A stretch of 64,000 nucleotides of DNA, from positions 96,001 to 160,000 of the forward strand of contig CBDCQT010000003.1 of assembly GCA_965220745.1 (NCBI GenBank), in the 5' to 3' direction. The notes beneath the pieces were generated by a model. That model saw only the letters and a program-made list of their open reading frames with translations. It ran no database searches and was not told where the DNA came from. The position numbers were made by a program, and so were the translations under genes. Numbering within the stretch: position 1 is the stretch's first letter; each line of letters begins with the position of its first letter. The DNA comes from Alphaproteobacteria bacterium (GTDB lineage: Bacteria > Pseudomonadota > Alphaproteobacteria > UBA828). Of this stretch, positions 60,011-64,000 are shown one piece after another.

Positions 60011-60327
60011 CACGTCGGGGCAGCCGTTCCCACGCCGCGATCACCGTGCTGACGTCATTGTCCGATCCCAGGGGCCCAAGGCCCACTCCATAACAGCAGC
60101 TATGCGACGATAATGCCTCGCGTCCCGCTCGGAAGGCGGCGCGGCGCAGAAATTCGTGGTCGCTCTGAGAGGAGAAAACATCCAGCATAGGCTTGCGTTG
60201 CTCGGCGATTCGGATCATCCCACGAAGAACGGTTACGACCGCTTTTGCGGCAATTCAGCGCTGCCGATCTTCCCTGGCAAGGTCGCTCCTATCGGCTTCT
60301 GTTCATCGTCGATACAAGGACGAGCAA

Positions 60328-61356
60328 ATGAAGCTCAACGCAATCGTCGGCATCCTGACTGCCCTTTGTGTATCGATCACCGTCCTTGCGGCGGACGGTT
60401 ACGCAAGCACTCTCGATCACGTAAGGGCGGCGGGCACGCTCAGATGCGGCATCAATCCGGGCCTGCCGGGCTTTTCTCATACCGACGATACGGGCAGATG
60501 GTCCGGCTTCGAGGCGGCCTATTGCCGGGCGCTGGCGGCGGCCGTGCTGGGCGATCCAGACAAGGTTTCCTTCGTCACTCTGACCGGCAAGACGCGCTTC
60601 CCGGCATTGGCCTCCGGCGAAGTCGACATCCTGTCGCGCAACACGACCTGGACCTTCTCGCGCGATGTCGACCTGGGCTTCACCTTCGTCGGCATCAACT
60701 ACTATGACGGCCAGGGCTTCCTCGGCCACCGGGAGCTCGGCGTGGAGAGCGCCACCGAGCTGGACGGCGCCTCGATCTGCATCCAGACGGGCACGACCAC
60801 CGAGCTCAACCTGGCCGACTTTTTCCGCGTCAACGGTATCACCTACGAGCCGGTGCCGCTCGAGACGAACGCCGAAGCCCGTGCGGCGTACAAGGCGGAG
60901 CGCTGCGACGTCTACACGACGGACGTTTCCGGCCTGGCGGCAACGAAATCGACCTTCGACGATCCGAATGCGCATATGATTTATCCGGAGATCATCTCGA
61001 AGGAGCCGTTGGGGCCGCTGGTGCGCCACGGCGACGACCAGTGGGCGGACATCGCGCGCTGGGTACTCAACGCGCTGATCACCGCCGAGGAGTTCGGCGT
61101 GACCCAGATCAACGTCATGGAGCTGGCGAAAGGAACGGATCACCCCGAGATCAACCGGATGCTGGGCAAGGAAGGCTCTCTGGGCGAGATGCTGGGCCTC
61201 GACGCGCAATGGGCCGTGCGTGCGATTGCGGCGGAAGGCAACTACGCCGAGATCTTCGAGAATAACCTCGGCTCCGGCAGCCCGCTCGGCCTGCCGCGCG
61301 GCCTCAGCGCGCTTTATTCGGAAGGCGGCGCCCTCTATTCGCCGCCGTTCCGCTGA
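60328..61356 (+). CDS. General L-amino acid binding protein, AapJ/BztA-like, orphan
   Basis: LRCG, GLPGF, SRNTTWT..RD, YYDGQGF, GTTTELN, ISKEPLGP, GNYAEIF, YSPPFR. Confidence 0.92.
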   Translation: MKLNAIVGILTALCVSITVLAADGYASTLDHVRAAGTLRCGINPGLPGFSHTDDTGRWSGFEAAYCRALAAAVLGDPDKVSFVTLTGKTRFPALASGEVDILSRNTTWTFSRDVDLGFTFVGINYYDGQGFLGHRELGVESATELDGASICIQTGTTTELNLADFFRVNGITYEPVPLETNAEARAAYKAERCDVYTTDVSGLAATKSTFDDPNAHMIYPEIISKEPLGPLVRHGDDQWADIARWVLNALITAEEFGVTQINVMELAKGTDHPEINRMLGKEGSLGEMLGLDAQWAVRAIAAEGNYAEIFENNLGSGSPLGLPRGLSALYSEGGALYSPPFR

Positions 61357-61391
61357 AGTGTCGGAGAGCAGCCGCCGCCCGCCGTGCCGAC

Positions 61392-61567
61392 AAACCGCCG
61401 TATGTGGATAGGCGCCCCGGCTCGGTTACGCCGCTACGATGACTGGTGGCACGACCATAGGCGTCAAGCCGGGCCTCCCTTACAATGAAGATGTGCTTGA
61501 AGATGTGCTGACGCTGGCGCCAGGAGACGCAATTTTCCTCTACACTGACGGCGCGACAACTGGATGA
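61392..61567 (+). pseudogene. Relic of a SpoIIE/PP2C phosphatase domain
   Basis: KPPYV...GSVTPL, frameshift, MTGGTTIGV...EDVLEDVLTLAPGDAIFLYTDGAT* aligns with HNPPII...TSGIALGV...QVAPGEAVVFYTDGVT of the gene at 62697. Confidence 0.72.
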
Positions 61568-61825
61568 GACTTGAAGGTCACCCCCACTCTGGCCGCCACT
61601 GCATTTGGCAGCGAGCAACGAGGTTGCTAGGCCGATGCCGCGGTGGCGGGCGGGACGTGGCGCCGCAGTGGGTGACTGACTGCGTTGGGCCTTCTCAAAG
61701 TCTTTCGTCGCGCTCGGATCGCGGTGGAATCGAAATCCGAGAAAGGGTAACAACCGCACAGTTCCCACCATTTGGCGGCGACCCACTGCTTCCGCCCGTC
61801 GTCAACATCTGAGTAGGACGGCACG

Positions 61826-62482
61826 ATGCTGACGTTCGTTGAAGAGACCTGCCTTTTGCTTCTGGATGAGAAAGGCAGCGAGTTCCTGCCCATACACCCC
61901 AACATTGTGGAGTGCGCCCTGGCCGGCGCCGTGCTTGTGGATCTAGCGTTCACCTATCGGATTGACACCGATCCTAAGACGCTGACCGTCATGGACCGTA
62001 CGCCGATCGGCGAGGCCATGCTCGACCGTATCCTGGCCAAGATTGGCGAACAGGGGGAAACTTCCGATACCGGCACTTGGATCAAGACGTTGTCCGCCGA
62101 CGAGTCGGCAGCCATTCAACAACAGGCACTCGACCGACTCGTGGAGCGAGGCATTCTGGAGCAGCAGGATAAGAGGTCTCTCTTGGGTTTCCGCAGACGC
62201 CGTTATCTCACCGTCAATGGCGAGGCGGCGCGCGAGATCAAGGACCGCATAAAGACACTCATTCTCTCGGATGACATACCCGATCCCCGGGATACCGCGC
62301 TGCTCTCTCTGCTAGATGCCTGCGGCATTCTGCCCGACATTTACCCCGGAGGCGAGTTCAAGAACGCCGGCGCACGAATAAGACAGCTCCGCAACATGGA
62401 CCTTGTTGGCCGCGACGTGTTCAACGCCGTCGCCGACATCGAACGCGCAATCGTCACAACGCGTGCACACGGAGCCTACTGA
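61826..62482 (+). CDS. GOLPH3/VPS74 (GPP34) family protein
   Basis: LTFVEETCLLLLD, ALAGAVLVDLA, LVERGIL, RRYL, PDPRDTALLSLL. Confidence 0.82.
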   Translation: MLTFVEETCLLLLDEKGSEFLPIHPNIVECALAGAVLVDLAFTYRIDTDPKTLTVMDRTPIGEAMLDRILAKIGEQGETSDTGTWIKTLSADESAAIQQQALDRLVERGILEQQDKRSLLGFRRRRYLTVNGEAAREIKDRIKTLILSDDIPDPRDTALLSLLDACGILPDIYPGGEFKNAGARIRQLRNMDLVGRDVFNAVADIERAIVTTRAHGAY

Positions 62483-62696
62483 GGTCTGTCGAAGACTTGC
62501 CGAAGGAAGCAAGGGATCGTTCACAAGTGTGATGGTGCAAATCGTCCGGCCGTAAATGAAGTTTGGGATCAAACCTAATTGTCAAACGATCACGCCAAGA
62601 TGAGTCAAGAACATCGCTACACGAGCGCCTCTCCAAGGCGTATGAAGAGCACTACACCACAGGCGTTTTCACGAATCGCAAAAAACGAGTTGGGCA

Positions 62697-63899
62697 ATGA
62701 CACAAGAGCCAAACGCTGAGACACTAGAAATGCGTTCGACTCCCTACAAGATTCTCGTCGTAGACGACGAACCTGACTTGGAACGTCTCGTTCTGCAGCA
62801 GATGCGCCGGGAGATTCGCCGCCAGCAGTATGAGTTCGTCTTCGCTCACAATGGTATCGAAGCTCTTGAACGGCTCAGCCAGGATCAGAACATCGATTTG
62901 GTGGTCTCAGACATCAATATGCCCAAGATGGACGGTCTTGCGCTCCTTGAAAATATTGCTGAAGTCAATGCGGACGTGCGTTCCGTGATCGTGTCAGCTT
63001 ACGGCGATATGAAGAATATTCGCACTGCGATGAACCGGGGCGCTTTCGATTTCGTGACCAAGCCCATCGACTTTGCAGACTTGAAGGTCACGATCGAACG
63101 AACACTGCGCAACCTGATTTCGTGGAGAGAGGCAACAGAATCACGCGAAAAGCTTCTGGCAATACAAAGCGAACTCGATGTAGCTAGTAAAATGCAACAG
63201 TCGATCCTTCCGACCGTTTTTCCCGCAGATTCTCGGTATCAGGTGTTCGGTAGTATGTCACCTGCTCGGGAAGTAGGCGGGGATTTTTTTGACATTATGA
63301 AATTGGAAGAGGGACGTATCGGTATTGCGGTCGCGGATGTGTCCGGCAAGGGCGTTCCCGCCGCCCTTTTCATGATGTCTTGCCGTACTCTTCTCAAAGG
63401 CGCGGCCATCGGCACCGCTCGCCCTGGCGCGGTGCTGAAGGAGGTCAACCAAGTTCTTCAGGAAGACAACGAAGCGATGATGTTCGTCACGCTCTTCTAC
63501 GCAATTTTCGATCCAGAAAGCGGGGAAATGGTGTATGCAAACGGGGGCCACAATCCGCCAATCATTGTTCAAGCCGATGGAAGCTCCAGCGAGATTCCCG
63601 TAACGAGTGGGATCGCGCTCGGGGTGATGGCCGACGTCGACTTTGCGGAAGACACGCTACAGGTCGCGCCAGGCGAAGCAGTCGTTTTCTATACCGATGG
63701 CGTCACGGAAGCCGAGAATGCCAAGGCAGAGTTGTTCGATATGGAGCGGCTGCAGCTGGTCTTTAACGGAGTGCCCCCGAAAGACGCGAAAGAAGCCAAC
63801 AAGGCGGTTTTCGAGGCCGTGAGCGCATTTGCAGGCGACACGCCGCAATCCGACGACATCACTTGCATAACGCTCTATCGCGACGAGCCATGCGGATAA
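62697..63899 (+). CDS. Response regulator receiver fused to SpoIIE/PP2C phosphatase (RsbU/RsbP-like)
   Basis: LVVDDE, SDINMPKMDG, FVTKP; VGGDFFD, ADVSGKG, NGGHNPP, YTDGVTEA, DDIT. Confidence 0.95.
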   Translation: MTQEPNAETLEMRSTPYKILVVDDEPDLERLVLQQMRREIRRQQYEFVFAHNGIEALERLSQDQNIDLVVSDINMPKMDGLALLENIAEVNADVRSVIVSAYGDMKNIRTAMNRGAFDFVTKPIDFADLKVTIERTLRNLISWREATESREKLLAIQSELDVASKMQQSILPTVFPADSRYQVFGSMSPAREVGGDFFDIMKLEEGRIGIAVADVSGKGVPAALFMMSCRTLLKGAAIGTARPGAVLKEVNQVLQEDNEAMMFVTLFYAIFDPESGEMVYANGGHNPPIIVQADGSSSEIPVTSGIALGVMADVDFAEDTLQVAPGEAVVFYTDGVTEAENAKAELFDMERLQLVFNGVPPKDAKEANKAVFEAVSAFAGDTPQSDDITCITLYRDEPCG

Positions 63900-64000
63900 G
63901 TGTTAGGCTCTTTTCCCGCTTCGACGCGGGTGAGCGACAAGCGGCGGAGCTTCGACGCATTCCCGTCTCGTACATGCGAGATGGCCCCGTCGCGCCCGCA

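Noticed and set aside
61266-61275. cctcggctcc matching the tRNA-Ala 3' end as a possible attR
   Set aside because: Only 10 bp, GC-rich and inside the aapJ-like CDS; likely chance

Overview
High-GC alphaproteobacterial chromosome segment (inferred from the alpha-type LexA box, the mreB and bhcR-like sequences and the 17-kDa-antigen-like lipoprotein). 1-44 kb is mostly uptake and catabolism of small nitrogen-containing compounds. It holds a biotin carboxylase plus carboxyltransferase-domain pair, transcribed divergently from an acetone-carboxylase-like acxABC operon. In that operon acxA has an in-frame TAG at a conserved Lys, and the gamma subunit has lost all four Zn-binding Cys. Nearby are a CUT2-type ABC transporter with a fused double permease, a CocE/NonD hydrolase, a single-chain three-domain Rid protein, two PotABCD-like and one NMT1/THI5-type ABC systems, a class III aminotransferase and a D-aminoacylase. 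There is also a urease-like operon (ureF, fused ureAB, ureC, deaminase) whose UreC keeps the Ni ligands but has a rebuilt substrate loop. Housekeeping genes (radical SAM with LexA box, rnhB, hspQ, panB, panC, tRNA-Ala-CGC) are interspersed with toxin-antitoxin modules and relics. Downstream of the tRNA is an accessory-looking region: a P450, a Fic relic, a lone mreB, four TbpB-barrel-like lipoproteins, an AllR/BhcR-like regulator, orphan solute-binding proteins, and a partner-switching module (RsbW-like kinase, REC-SpoIIE phosphatase, SpoIIE relic) with a GOLPH3/GPP34 protein. No CRISPR array, rRNA, integrase or transposase was seen. All family calls are by motif recognition only; no database search was run.
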